Shown one piece after another: positions 15,244-24,489 of a stretch of DNA of 32,000 nt. Location: positions 2,666,497-2,698,496 of the forward strand of contig NC_003902.1 of NCBI RefSeq assembly GCF_000007145.1. Direction: 5' to 3'. The stretch is from Xanthomonas campestris pv. campestris str. ATCC 33913 (lineage in GTDB: Bacteria; Pseudomonadota; Gammaproteobacteria; Xanthomonadales; Xanthomonadaceae). The notes below the pieces were generated by a model that saw nothing but the letters and a program-made list of their open reading frames with translations, had not been told where the DNA came from and ran no database searches. The number at the start of each line of letters is the position of its first letter. Position 1 is the stretch's first letter. The translations under genes and the position numbers were made by a program.

Positions 15244-17151
15244 TCAGCGATCCAGCTCGCTCCAGCGTGCGTAGGCCGCATCCAGCTGCGCTTGCGCATC
15301 GGTGAGGGCGGCAGTGTGCGCGGTCATCGCCGCGCTATCGCGCTGATAGAACGCCGGGTCGTTCATGGCGTCGGTCAATGCGGCGACCTGCTGCTCAAGG
15401 GTCTCGATCAGCGCCGGCAGTTGCTCCAGCTCGCGCGCTTCCTTGTAGCTGAGCTTGCGCTTGGGCGCAGCCTCCTCGGCTACAGCCGGTCCCGGTGCAG
15501 CAGCGGCCACCGGCGTGGTCGCCGCAGCAGTTGCCGAGGCCTTGGCCACCGCCATTGCATTGGCCGGCGCGGTGCGGCGCTGGCGCAGCGAATCGCTGTA
15601 TCCGCCGACGTAATCGCCGATCAGGCCATCGCCCTCCATCACTAGCGCGGAGGTCACCACGTTGTCGAGGAAGTCGCGGTCATGGCTGACCAATAGCAAG
15701 GTGCCGGTGTATTCGCCGAGCAGCTCTTCCAGCAGCTCCAGGGTTTCCACGTCCAGGTCGTTGGTCGGTTCGTCCATCACCAGCAGGTTGGACGGCTGCG
15801 CGAACAGGCGCGCCAGCAGCAGGCGATTGCGCTCGCCACCGGACAGGCGCGTGATCGGCGCACGTGCGCGCTCGGGGGTGAACAGGAAATCCTGCAGATA
15901 CGCATGCACGTGCTTGCGCTTGCCGTTGATCTCGATGAAGTCCCGCCCTTCGGCCACGTTTTCGATCGCGCTCCAGTCCTCGCGCAAGGTGGCGCGGTAC
16001 TGGTCGAAATAAGCAATCTGCAGATTGGTACCGATACGGATCTCGCCCTGCTGCGGCTGCAGGTCACCCAGCAGCAGCTTGAGCAAGGTGGTCTTGCCGC
16101 TACCGTTAGGGCCGATCAGGCCGATGCGGTCGCCACGCTGGATGATGCTGGAGAAGTCCTTGACCATCGTGCGCGCGCCGAACGCAAAGGTGACTTCCTT
16201 GGCTTCGATCACCTTCTTGCCGGACGACTCGCCCTGCGAGACTTCCATGCGCACATTGCCGGTGAGATCGCGGCGCTGCACGCGCTCGTTGCGCATCGAT
16301 TCCAGCCGTCGCACGCGGCCTTCGTCGCGCGTGCGGCGCGCCTTGATGCCCTGACGGATCCAGATCTCTTCCTGCGCAAGCATCTTGTCGAAGCGCGCAT
16401 TTTCCTGCGCCTGCGCATTGAGCCGCTCTTCGCGCCGGCGCTCGTAATTGGCCCAGTCGCCCGGCCAGCTGGTGACCTGGCCGCGATCGATCTCGACGAT
16501 GCGCGTGGCCAACGCGCGCAGAAAGCGCCGGTCATGGGTAACGAACAGCACGCTGCCATTCCAGCCCTTCAGGAAAGTTTCCAGCCAATCGATGGCTTCG
16601 ATATCCAGGTGGTTGGTTGGCTCGTCGAGCAGCAGCACGTCCGGCGAAGCCACCAGCGAGCGTGCCAGCAGCACGCGCCGCTTCATGCCGCCGGACAGCC
16701 GCGCGAACTCCGCATCGCCGTCCAGATCGAGCTTGGTCAACGTCTCGCTGACGCGCTGATCCAGCGCCCAGCCCTCGGCCGCATCGATCTTGGCCTGCAC
16801 CTTGCCGAAGGCTTCGGCATCGAAGACCTCGGCGTGGCTGAGTTGATGGAACTCGGCCAGCCAGTGACCCAGTTCACCCAGCCCGTCGGCCACCACGTCG
16901 AACACACTGCCGCCGGTTCCCTGCGGAACCTCCTGCTCCAACCGCGCGATCCGCACGCCCTGCTGCACGCGCACTTCGCCGTCATCGGGCTTGAGCTCGC
17001 CGGCAATCAATTTCATCAGGGTCGATTTGCCGGCACCGTTGCGGCCGATCAGGGCGATACGCTCACCCGGCTCGATCGTCAGGTCGGTTTTTTCCAGCAA
17101 CAACGGGCCGCCGACGCTGTAGTCGACGCTTTGCAGAGTGATTAAAGGCAT
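15244..17151 (-). CDS. uup: ABC-F family ATPase Uup
   Basis: It has two ABC cassettes, with Walker A motifs GRNGAGKST and GPNGSGKTT and signatures LSGGMKRR and LSGGERNR. A C-terminal coiled-coil tail is present and there is no membrane domain. Confidence 0.9.
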   Translation of the reverse strand: MPLITLQSVDYSVGGPLLLEKTDLTIEPGERIALIGRNGAGKSTLMKLIAGELKPDDGEVRVQQGVRIARLEQEVPQGTGGSVFDVVADGLGELGHWLAEFHQLSHAEVFDAEAFGKVQAKIDAAEGWALDQRVSETLTKLDLDGDAEFARLSGGMKRRVLLARSLVASPDVLLLDEPTNHLDIEAIDWLETFLKGWNGSVLFVTHDRRFLRALATRIVEIDRGQVTSWPGDWANYERRREERLNAQAQENARFDKMLAQEEIWIRQGIKARRTRDEGRVRRLESMRNERVQRRDLTGNVRMEVSQGESSGKKVIEAKEVTFAFGARTMVKDFSSIIQRGDRIGLIGPNGSGKTTLLKLLLGDLQPQQGEIRIGTNLQIAYFDQYRATLREDWSAIENVAEGRDFIEINGKRKHVHAYLQDFLFTPERARAPITRLSGGERNRLLLARLFAQPSNLLVMDEPTNDLDVETLELLEELLGEYTGTLLLVSHDRDFLDNVVTSALVMEGDGLIGDYVGGYSDSLRQRRTAPANAMAVAKASATAAATTPVAAAAPGPAVAEEAAPKRKLSYKEARELEQLPALIETLEQQVAALTDAMNDPAFYQRDSAAMTAHTAALTDAQAQLDAAYARWSELDR

Positions 17152-17162
17152 GGGCTAATTGT

Positions 17163-17240
17163 ACGGGAATCGGGAATGGTGAATCGGGAATGGAAAAGCC
17201 TCGCCGTTGCGATTCCCGATTCACCACTCCCGATTCCCGT
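17163..17240. repeat. 78-bp palindromic element: 31-bp inverted arms built from CGGGAAT heptads, with a 16-nt loop
   Basis: The left arm at 17163-17193 (a cgggaat cgggaat ggtgaat cgggaat gg) pairs with the right arm at 17210-17240 at 29 of 31 positions. The element fills most of the uup/dbpA divergent intergenic region. Confidence 0.9.
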
Positions 17241-17251
17241 TAAAATGCGCC

Positions 17252-18628
17252 ATGAACGAATTCTCCGCGCTGCCGCTCTCGCCAGCCTTGGCCCCCGGCA
17301 TCGATGCCCTGGGCTACACCACCCTCACGCCGATCCAGGCGCAGAGCCTGCCGCCGATCCTCCAGGGGCTGGATGTGATTGCCCAAGCGCCCACCGGCAG
17401 CGGCAAGACCGCCGCGTTCGGGCTGGGCCTGCTGCAAAAGCTCGACCCGGCACTGACCCGTGCGCAAGCGCTCGTGCTGTGCCCCACGCGCGAACTGGCA
17501 GACCAGGTCGGCAAGCAACTGCGCAAGCTGGCCACCGGCATTCCCAACATGAAGTTGCTGGTGCTCACCGGCGGCATGCCGCTTGGTCCGCAGCTGGCAT
17601 CGCTCGAAGCGCACGACCCGCAGGTCGTGGTCGGCACGCCCGGCCGCATCCAGGAACTGGCGCGCAAACGCGCCCTGCATCTGGGCGGCGTGCGCACGCT
17701 GGTGCTGGACGAGGCCGACCGCATGCTCGACATGGGCTTTGAAGAACCCATCCGCGAGATCGCCAGCCGCTGCGACAAACACCGCCAGAGCCTGCTGTTC
17801 TCGGCGACCTTCCCCGACATCATCCGCACGCTGGCGCGCGAGCTGTTGAAGGACCCGGTGGAAATCACCGTGGAAGGTGCGGACAACGCACCGGAGATCG
17901 ACCAGCAGTTCTTCGAAGTGGACCCCACTTATCGGCAGAAGGCGGTGGCCGGGCTGCTGCTGCGCTTCAATCCCGAATCCAGCGTGGTGTTCTGCAATAC
18001 CCGCAAGGAAGTGGACGAAGTCGCCGGCTCGCTGCAGGAGTTCGGGTTCTCCGCGCTGGCATTGCATGGCGACATGGAGCAACGCGACCGCGACGAGGTG
18101 CTGGTGCGCTTCGTCAATCGCAGCTGCAACGTACTGGTTGCCAGTGACGTGGCCGCGCGCGGCCTGGATGTGGAAGACCTCGCGGCAGTGGTGAATTACG
18201 AGCTTCCCACCGACACCGAAACCTATCGCCACCGCATCGGCCGGACTGCGCGCGCCGGCAAGCACGGCTTGGCACTCAGCCTGGTGGCGCCGCGCGAAAG
18301 CGCTCGTGCGCAGGCGCTGGAGGCCGAGCACGGCCAGCCGCTCAAGTGGTCACGCGCACCGCTGGCCACCGCACGCCCGGCGCAATTGCCGCTGGCCGCG
18401 ATGACCACGCTGCGCATCGACGGCGGCAAGACCGACAAACTGCGTGCCGGCGACATTCTGGGCGCATTGACCGGCGAAGCAGGCTTGTCGGGTGCGGCGA
18501 TCGGCAAGATCGCCATCTACCCCACCCGCTCGTACGTGGCGATTGCGCGGGCGCAGGTCGCTCGTGCACTGACCCACTTGCAGGCCGGCAAGATCAAGGG
18601 CCGCCGCTTCCGGGTGACCAAGCTCTAG
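17252..18628 (+). CDS. dbpA: ATP-dependent RNA helicase DbpA (DEAD-box)
   Basis: The start is the ATG at 17252 (MNEFSALPLSP); the ORF-track start at 17207 would translate the repeat arm. Helicase motifs are TPIQ, AQAPTGSGKT, VLDEADRML, SAT and HRIGRTARAG. The C-terminal DbpA RNA-binding domain includes TLRIDGGKTDKLRAGDILGAL. Confidence 0.9.
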   Translation: MNEFSALPLSPALAPGIDALGYTTLTPIQAQSLPPILQGLDVIAQAPTGSGKTAAFGLGLLQKLDPALTRAQALVLCPTRELADQVGKQLRKLATGIPNMKLLVLTGGMPLGPQLASLEAHDPQVVVGTPGRIQELARKRALHLGGVRTLVLDEADRMLDMGFEEPIREIASRCDKHRQSLLFSATFPDIIRTLARELLKDPVEITVEGADNAPEIDQQFFEVDPTYRQKAVAGLLLRFNPESSVVFCNTRKEVDEVAGSLQEFGFSALALHGDMEQRDRDEVLVRFVNRSCNVLVASDVAARGLDVEDLAAVVNYELPTDTETYRHRIGRTARAGKHGLALSLVAPRESARAQALEAEHGQPLKWSRAPLATARPAQLPLAAMTTLRIDGGKTDKLRAGDILGALTGEAGLSGAAIGKIAIYPTRSYVAIARAQVARALTHLQAGKIKGRRFRVTKL

Positions 18629-18651
18629 GCAGCGCGTCTAGCCGAATCAGG

Positions 18652-18696
18652 GAGCCCACGCAGGTGGGCTCGACGGCGCAGCGGCTTGGCCGCTGC
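18652..18696. terminator. Two GC stem-loops between convergent dbpA and apt
   Basis: The stem-loops are gagcccac gcag gtgggctc (18652-18671) and gcagcggc ttg gccgctgc (18678-18696). Neither has a clear U-tract, so terminator function is inferred from position only. Confidence 0.35.
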
Positions 18697-18717
18697 ACAG
18701 GTACAGCGATCCCTTGC

Positions 18718-19278
18718 TCAGTAGCTCAGCGTCGCCAGCAACGGCACGTCGTTGAGCCATTTGCTGCGGCCCTGCAGGGCCAGCAGCTCGACCAGCACCG
18801 CCGCGCCGACGATTTCCAGCTCCAGCTGCGCGGCCAGGCCCAAGGCCGCACGCAGGGTGCCGCCGGTGGCGAGCACGTCGTCGACAATCAAGACCCGTGC
18901 ACCACGCGGCAGCGCATCCTCATGCATCTCGATGCGATCGGTGCCGTATTCCAGCGCGTATTCCTGGATCAACGTGCGCCCGGGTAATTTGCCCGGTTTG
19001 CGCACCGGCACGAAGCCAGTGCGCAGCTCGCGCGCCAACGCCGCGCCCAGAATGAAGCCCCGCGCCTCGATGCCCAGCACCGCATCCAGCGGCGTGGTGC
19101 GCCAGGGCTGCGCCATTTCATCCAGCGCAGAAGCGAAATCCGGGCCATCGGACAGCAGCGGTGTGATGTCCTTGAACACGATACCCGGCTTGGGAAAATC
19201 GGCGATGTCGCGGATCCGGCCCGACCAGTGGGCCGGTCCGGAAGAGGTGGAACCGGCGCAGCGGCTGCAGTCGTTCAT
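18718..19278 (-). CDS. apt: Adenine phosphoribosyltransferase
   Basis: Motifs are [16 protein letters not shown] and the PRPP-binding [13 protein letters not shown]. The 186-aa length matches Apt. Confidence 0.93.
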
Positions 19279-19362
19279 GGCGGTCGTGGCCAGTGGGAGC
19301 GCTCTATTCTAGGCGAGCGGGCCGACTGTGCGGCGCCGACGACCGCTGCCGACATGAGCGCG

Positions 19363-20919
19363 TCAGGAACTGCAGGACAACATCGAGCATCCCGCGCGGT
19401 CCCGCGCCCAGTCCGGGCGCTTAGCTGCGAATGACTCGCGCCTGGGCTGGTCGTCGTACGGGCGCTGCATGACCTCCAGCAGCGCGTGCACGCCCGACAG
19501 ATCGCCCTGCTCGGCCTGGTCGATCGCCTGCTGCGCCAGATAATTGCGCAGCACGTAGCGCGGGTTGGCCGCCCGCATCCGCGAAGCGCGAACCGCATCT
19601 GACGCGCCGTCCTGCAGGCAACGTGCGGCATACCGCTGCAGCCAGGCGCCCAGCGCTGGCGCCTGCGCAGCACGCTTGGTCTCGTCGTAGAAGGCCTCAC
19701 GCAGCACAGAAGCATCCGGCTGCTGCGGCGACAGATCCACCAGGCCACGGAAGGTCAGCGTCATGTCCATCTCCGCTTCGCGCATCAGCGCACGCAGGTC
19801 GTCGATCAGGTGCAGATCCTCGTCCTGGCACTCGGCCAGCCCCAGCTTGGCCGCGGTATCGCGCCGGTCACAGGCCAGATAGGTGTCACGAAACTGGTCC
19901 AGCCCGGCCTGCAAGGGCGCCGCATCGCCGAACAGCGGCGACAGTGCCTGGGCCAGCCGCCCCAGGTTCCAGTACGCCACCTGCGGCTGGGTGCCGAAGC
20001 GATAACGGCGACCCTGCGCATCGGTGGTGTTGGGCGTCCAATCCGGGTCGTAATCGTCCACCCAGCCGTAGGGGCCGTAGTCGATGGTGAGCCCCAGGAT
20101 GGACATGTTGTCGGTATTCATCACCCCATGCACGAAGCCCACGCGCATCCAGTGCGCGACCATCACCGCAGTGCGCTCGCACACCTGGCCGAGCCAGGAG
20201 GCAATCCGGTCTTCGCCGCTGCCCGGCAGGTCAGGGAAATCGCGCGCCAGGGTGAAGTCCACCCACTGCCGTAGCAGATCGACGTCGCCACGCGCGGCGG
20301 GCAGTTCGAAATTGCCGAACCGAATGAACGAGGGCGCCACGCGGCACACGATCGCGCCCGGCTCGCGGCGCGGATGCCCGTCGTAGAACATGTCGCGCAC
20401 CACTGCATCACCGGTGCCCACCAGGCTCAACGCCCGGGTGGTCGGCACGCCCAGGTAATGCATCGCCTCGCTGCACAGGAATTCGCGGATCGACGAACGC
20501 AGCACGGCGCGGCCATCCGCCCCACGCGAATACGGCGTTGGCCCGGCGCCCTTGAGCTGGAGCTCGTAGCGCCCGCCATCGACCCCGATGGCCTCGCCCA
20601 ATGAGATCGCGCGGCCATCGCCCAGCTGTCCTGCCCAATGCCCAAACTGGTGACCACCGTAGTTGACCGCCCACGGCTGCATTCCGGGATACAAGGCATT
20701 GCCGCCAAACACCTCGGCAAACCGTGGGCTGGCAAGATCCTCGGCACGCAGGCCCAGGCGCTGCGCGACATCGGCCGAATACGCCAGCAGTGTGGGCGCA
20801 GCGACCGGCGTCGGCTGCACCGCAGACCAGGCGGCCAGCACTTCGCGGCGGCGTGGGCCTTCTTCCGGGTCGCCCGGCAACTCGGCGCGCAAACGGTTAT
20901 CGAATTGAAGATGGGTCAT
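19363..20919 (-). CDS. selO: Protein adenylyltransferase SelO (YdiU family)
   Basis: The start is the ATG at 20919 ([17 protein letters not shown]). Family-typical segments are [39 protein letters not shown] and the C-terminal MLSCSS. The ORF-track start at 21018 was rejected. Confidence 0.9.
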   Translation of the reverse strand: MTHLQFDNRLRAELPGDPEEGPRRREVLAAWSAVQPTPVAAPTLLAYSADVAQRLGLRAEDLASPRFAEVFGGNALYPGMQPWAVNYGGHQFGHWAGQLGDGRAISLGEAIGVDGGRYELQLKGAGPTPYSRGADGRAVLRSSIREFLCSEAMHYLGVPTTRALSLVGTGDAVVRDMFYDGHPRREPGAIVCRVAPSFIRFGNFELPAARGDVDLLRQWVDFTLARDFPDLPGSGEDRIASWLGQVCERTAVMVAHWMRVGFVHGVMNTDNMSILGLTIDYGPYGWVDDYDPDWTPNTTDAQGRRYRFGTQPQVAYWNLGRLAQALSPLFGDAAPLQAGLDQFRDTYLACDRRDTAAKLGLAECQDEDLHLIDDLRALMREAEMDMTLTFRGLVDLSPQQPDASVLREAFYDETKRAAQAPALGAWLQRYAARCLQDGASDAVRASRMRAANPRYVLRNYLAQQAIDQAEQGDLSGVHALLEVMQRPYDDQPRRESFAAKRPDWARDRAGCSMLSCSS

Positions 20920-21088
20920 GCGTGCAAGCCTAGGGCACTGGCGATGAACTTCGCATGCGCGCAGCACGCATCCACGCGCGCGCCGGCATCGTATCTTCAC
21001 CTGCTGCACCATTGCCAAGCAGGCTCGGCCTGCCTGCAGTCACCACGCGCCCAGCGCCCTCTCTTCTGCCTCTCGAGCGACAACGCCC

Positions 21089-21964
21089 ATGCCCTCACGC
21101 GCTTCCCGCTGGTTCCGCCCTGCCCTCGTGCTACTTGGTTCGCTGACCTTGAGCGCCTGCAGCAGTGTGTTCTTCGGCGGCATCAATGCCGCCACCAGTC
21201 GCGAGGGCGTGATCGAGCACCGCAACGAGCTGTTCGACCCGGCCCTCGGGCTGGCGCTGGACGTCTATCAACCGCGCAACGCACTCAATGCGCCGGTGGT
21301 GGTGTTCTTCTACGGCGGCACCTGGAAGCGCGGCACGCGCCAGAACTACAGCTGGGTCGGCCGCTCGCTCGCGCGCCAGGGCGTGGTCGCGCTGGTCGCC
21401 GATTACCGCAAGTATCCGCAGGTCGGGCTGGACGGCTTCATGACCGATGCCGCAAAGGCAACGGCGTGGGGCTATCAACATGCACAGGCCTACGGCGGCG
21501 ATCCGACACGCGTGGCGGTGATGGGGCATTCGGCAGGCGCGCATATTGCCGGACTGCTGGTGACGGATCGCAGCTGGCTTCAGGCGCAGGGCCTGCGTCC
21601 GCAACAACTGTGTGGTTTCGTCGGCCTTGCCGGTCCGTATGATTTCTCGCCCATGACCGATCCCGAACTCATCGAGGTCTTCGGCACCTCACCCGAACAG
21701 CAAGCCGCGTCGCAGCCTGTGGTTCACGCAGATGGCGACGAGCCGCCGATGTTGCTGCTGCATGGGCAAGACGACCGCGTCGTGGAGCCGCGCAACAGCA
21801 CCTCGCTGGCCGCTGCCGAACGGCGCGTCGGCGTCCAGGCGAACACCACGTTTTATCCCGGCATGGGGCACATGGGCCTGGTGCTGTCGCTGCGCAAAAA
21901 CCCGGCCGACTCGCCAGCCCTGCGCGATACCCTGCAGTTCCTGCGTGACTGCAAGGCTCCTTGA
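21089..21964 (+). CDS. Alpha/beta-hydrolase (carboxylesterase/lipase-like), probable lipoprotein
   Basis: It has a signal with a lipobox (LLGSLTLSAC), an oxyanion-region motif VVVFFYGGTW and the nucleophile elbow GHSAGA. Confidence 0.82.
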   Translation: MPSRASRWFRPALVLLGSLTLSACSSVFFGGINAATSREGVIEHRNELFDPALGLALDVYQPRNALNAPVVVFFYGGTWKRGTRQNYSWVGRSLARQGVVALVADYRKYPQVGLDGFMTDAAKATAWGYQHAQAYGGDPTRVAVMGHSAGAHIAGLLVTDRSWLQAQGLRPQQLCGFVGLAGPYDFSPMTDPELIEVFGTSPEQQAASQPVVHADGDEPPMLLLHGQDDRVVEPRNSTSLAAAERRVGVQANTTFYPGMGHMGLVLSLRKNPADSPALRDTLQFLRDCKAP

Positions 21965-22022
21965 GGGGAGAGCCCGCCCAATCGGGCAACACACCTAAGT
22001 CAGCCGGTTAGCTGCGAACGAC

Positions 22023-22721
22023 TCAGGTGGCGGGCTTGGCCCGCTGCAGCTCGAATGGCCCGCCCTTCTTCAGTGCGGCCTGATATGCCGGCCGCGCCTC
22101 GATGCGCTCGATAAAGCTGCGCAGCTTGGGGTAGGCCTCCAGCCCGCCGCCTCGCGCAGCCGCCGCTTGCACCGGGAAACTCATCTGAATGTCGGCCGCG
22201 GTAAAGCGCTCACCCGCGAACCAGCCGCTGCCGCCCAGCGATTGCTCCATCCAGTCCATGTGCAACTTGAGTTGCGGCCCGACGAAGCCAGACATCGCCT
22301 TGTCGACAATCGCGCGCGCAATGGGCTTGGCGAAAAAGGGCATCGGGGCTGAGCGGATGCGCCCAAAGATCAGCGTCATCAGCAATGGCGGCATTGCCGA
22401 GCCTTCGGCGTAATGCATCCAGTACCGAAATTGCAGGCGCTCGGCGGACTCCGCTGGCCGCGCCGACGGCGACAGCGCGCATTCGGTGTCGTAGCGCTCG
22501 GTGAGGTATTCCAGGATCGCGCCGGACTCGGCAATGGTCAGCCCACCATCGACCACCACCGGCGACTTGCCCAGCGGATGGATCGCGCGCAACGCCGGAG
22601 GCGCCAGCATGGTCTTTGGGTCGCGCTCGTGGCGCACGATCTGGTACGGCAACGCCAGTTCTTCCAGCAACCAGAGCACGCGTTGCGAGCGGGAATTATT
22701 GAGGTGGTGGACAGTAAGCAT
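22023..22721 (-). CDS. Glutathione S-transferase family protein
   Basis: The start is the ATG at 22721 (MLTVHHLNNSRSQRVLWLLEEL). The thioredoxin-like N-domain contains HPLGKSPVV and ESGAILEYL, followed by a helical C-domain. Confidence 0.85.
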   Translation of the reverse strand: MLTVHHLNNSRSQRVLWLLEELALPYQIVRHERDPKTMLAPPALRAIHPLGKSPVVVDGGLTIAESGAILEYLTERYDTECALSPSARPAESAERLQFRYWMHYAEGSAMPPLLMTLIFGRIRSAPMPFFAKPIARAIVDKAMSGFVGPQLKLHMDWMEQSLGGSGWFAGERFTAADIQMSFPVQAAAARGGGLEAYPKLRSFIERIEARPAYQAALKKGGPFELQRAKPAT

Positions 22722-22862
22722 GGGAGAGCCGGCGTGCGGAAAACGCACATCCTACCCAGGCATACGTCATTGCCGTGCTCACTGCATCCGTCACGCCAGC
22801 ACCGGTGTGCACGCGGGAGGGCAGGACGCGCAGGCCGGTCAACGCGACAAATCGCAGACAAT

Positions 22863-22897
22863 AAAAAACGCCGGACGCTTGCGCGCCCGGCGTTTTT
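22863..22897 (-). terminator. Rho-independent terminator downstream of cspA
   Basis: The stem is aaaaacgccgg ... ccggcgttttt. On the minus strand the stem is followed by ttttttat. It lies 25 nt after the cspA stop. Confidence 0.8.
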
Positions 22898-22921
22898 GGC
22901 AACCTTACGGTTGCAGACGGA

Positions 22922-23131
22922 TTAGACCGCCTGCACCTGGTCAGCCTGCATGCCCTTCTGGCCCTGCACGGCGACGAAGGAGACCTTCTGGCCTTCCTGC
23001 AACGACTTGAAGCCGGTGCCCTGGATGGCACGGAAATGCACGAACAGGTCCGGGCCGCTTTCCGGGGTGATGAAGCCGAAGCCCTTGGCATCATTGAACC
23101 ACTTCACGACACCGTTCTGACGATCTGACAT
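22922..23131 (-). CDS. cspA: Cold-shock protein (CspA family)
   Basis: The product is 69 aa. It has RNP1 (KGFGFI) and RNP2 (VHF) motifs in [38 protein letters not shown] lies 8 nt before the ATG. Confidence 0.95.
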   Translation of the reverse strand: MSDRQNGVVKWFNDAKGFGFITPESGPDLFVHFRAIQGTGFKSLQEGQKVSFVAVQGQKGMQADQVQAV

Positions 23132-23309
23132 TTTACTAACTCCTGAACTTTTAGATGGATAAATCGCAGCAACCGAAAAACCGGCGCTGAGACTGAGTTG
23201 CAGGCGTTGGTAAAGCGGAACGATGGAGCGGGATCGAATGAGATCTAGCTACACCAGGCCACGATTCACGGTGACCCTTGCAAACACAGTGAGTGCACAG
23301 TACTCGTGT

Positions 23310-23338
23310 TTTATGCAAAAAGCGACACCTTCGGACAA
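23310..23338 (-). promoter_or_regulatory. Candidate sigma70 promoter for cspA, giving a leader of about 170 nt
   Basis: On the minus strand, TTGTCC (23338-23333) and CATAAA (23315-23310) are separated by 17 nt. This is a motif match only. Confidence 0.3.
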
Positions 23339-23399
23339 AACTTTTGCTGTCAGGCGCATTCTGACCCCCCGTCAGGCCATTTCCCTCCCGATTTCCTAG

Positions 23400-23882
23400 A
23401 TGAATACGCCACTCCCGCCAGGTCTTGCGCAGATCTGGGTCGACGCCGACGCCTGCCCGGCGGTCATTCGCGACATTTTGTTCCGCGCCGCCCAGCGCAC
23501 CGGCATCCCTGTCACCTTGGTCGCCAACCACTTCCTGCGCACGCCAACCCTGGCCCATGTGCGGGCGCTGCAGGTGCCCGGCGGCCCGGATGCGGCCGAT
23601 GACGCCATTGCCGAGCGGGTCAACGCTGGCGATCTGGTAGTGACCCAGGACATTCCTTTGGCGGCGCGCGTACTGGAACGCGGCGCCGCAGCGGTCAGTC
23701 CGCGCGGGGAGCCGTTCAGCAGCGACAGCATCGCCGAGCGCCTGTCGGTGCGCGGCTTTCTGGAAGAATTGCGCGGCGCCGGCGTGGCCACCGGCGGGCC
23801 GCCTGCGCTGCACGCACGCGACCGCCAGGCGTTCGCGGCACAGCTGGACCGCTGGCTGGCACGGCAATCCGCCCGGTCATGA
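23400..23882 (+). CDS. yaiI: YaiI/YqxD family protein (UPF0178/DUF188)
   Basis: It is collinear with E. coli YaiI as I recall it: [55 protein letters not shown]. Confidence 0.85.
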   Translation: MNTPLPPGLAQIWVDADACPAVIRDILFRAAQRTGIPVTLVANHFLRTPTLAHVRALQVPGGPDAADDAIAERVNAGDLVVTQDIPLAARVLERGAAAVSPRGEPFSSDSIAERLSVRGFLEELRGAGVATGGPPALHARDRQAFAAQLDRWLARQSARS

Positions 23883-23940
23883 AGACCCTCGCGCGGAGCC
23901 CGCAGGCGTATCATGACCGCCCTTTGCAACTGGTTTCCCG

Positions 23941-24489
23941 ATGGCTCTCACCGCCACCGTCCGCAGGGCGGAACTGCAGATCAGCGACATGGATCGCGGC
24001 TACTACGCCAACCATTCGCTGACCCTGGCCCAGCACCCTTCCGAAACCGACGAACGCCTGATGGTGCGCCTGCTGGCGTTTGCCCTGTTCGCCGACGACC
24101 GCCTGGAGTTCGGCCGCGGGCTGAGCAATGACGACGAACCGGATCTATGGCGGCGCGACTACACCGGCGACCCCGACCTGTGGATCGACCTGGGCCAGCC
24201 CGACGAGAGCCGCGTCCGCAAGGCCTGCAACCGGTCGCGGGAAGTCGTGGTCATCGGGTACGGCGGCCAGGCCACCGAGACTTGGTGGAAGAAGCATGCC
24301 AATGCTCTCGGCCGGCACCGCAACCTGCGCGTGCTGGAGCTCGAATCGCAGGCCACCGAGGCGCTTGGTGCGCTGATCCAGCGCGGCATGCGCTTTGACG
24401 TAATCATCCAGGACGGCGAAGTGCAGATGCTGGCCGACCAGGGCACCGTCACGCTCACTCCGATCGTGCGACAAGCCCCGGCGGAATGA
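23941..24489 (+). CDS. yaeQ: YaeQ family protein
   Basis: It is collinear with E. coli YaeQ as I recall it: MALTATVRRAELQISDMDR, LTLAQHPSETDERLMVRLLAF, FGRGLSNDDEPDLW, DLWIDLGQPDE. Confidence 0.85.
   Translation: MALTATVRRAELQISDMDRGYYANHSLTLAQHPSETDERLMVRLLAFALFADDRLEFGRGLSNDDEPDLWRRDYTGDPDLWIDLGQPDESRVRKACNRSREVVVIGYGGQATETWWKKHANALGRHRNLRVLELESQATEALGALIQRGMRFDVIIQDGEVQMLADQGTVTLTPIVRQAPAE

Noticed and set aside
17163-17240. I considered whether the palindromic heptad element is a bona fide MITE or IS remnant.
   Set aside because: I could not identify target-site duplications (the flanks are ..aattgt and taaaatg..). No transposase is present in the window. It is kept as a repeat of unknown nature rather than called a mobile element.
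19421-19437. The 17-mer ttagctgcgaatgactc inside selO matches 22008..22024 (ttagctgcgaacgactc) at 16 of 17 positions.
   Set aside because: There are roughly 10^9 position pairs in 32 kb on two strands, and the composition is skewed, so a 16/17 match is expected by chance. One copy is coding and the other intergenic, and there is no flanking similarity.
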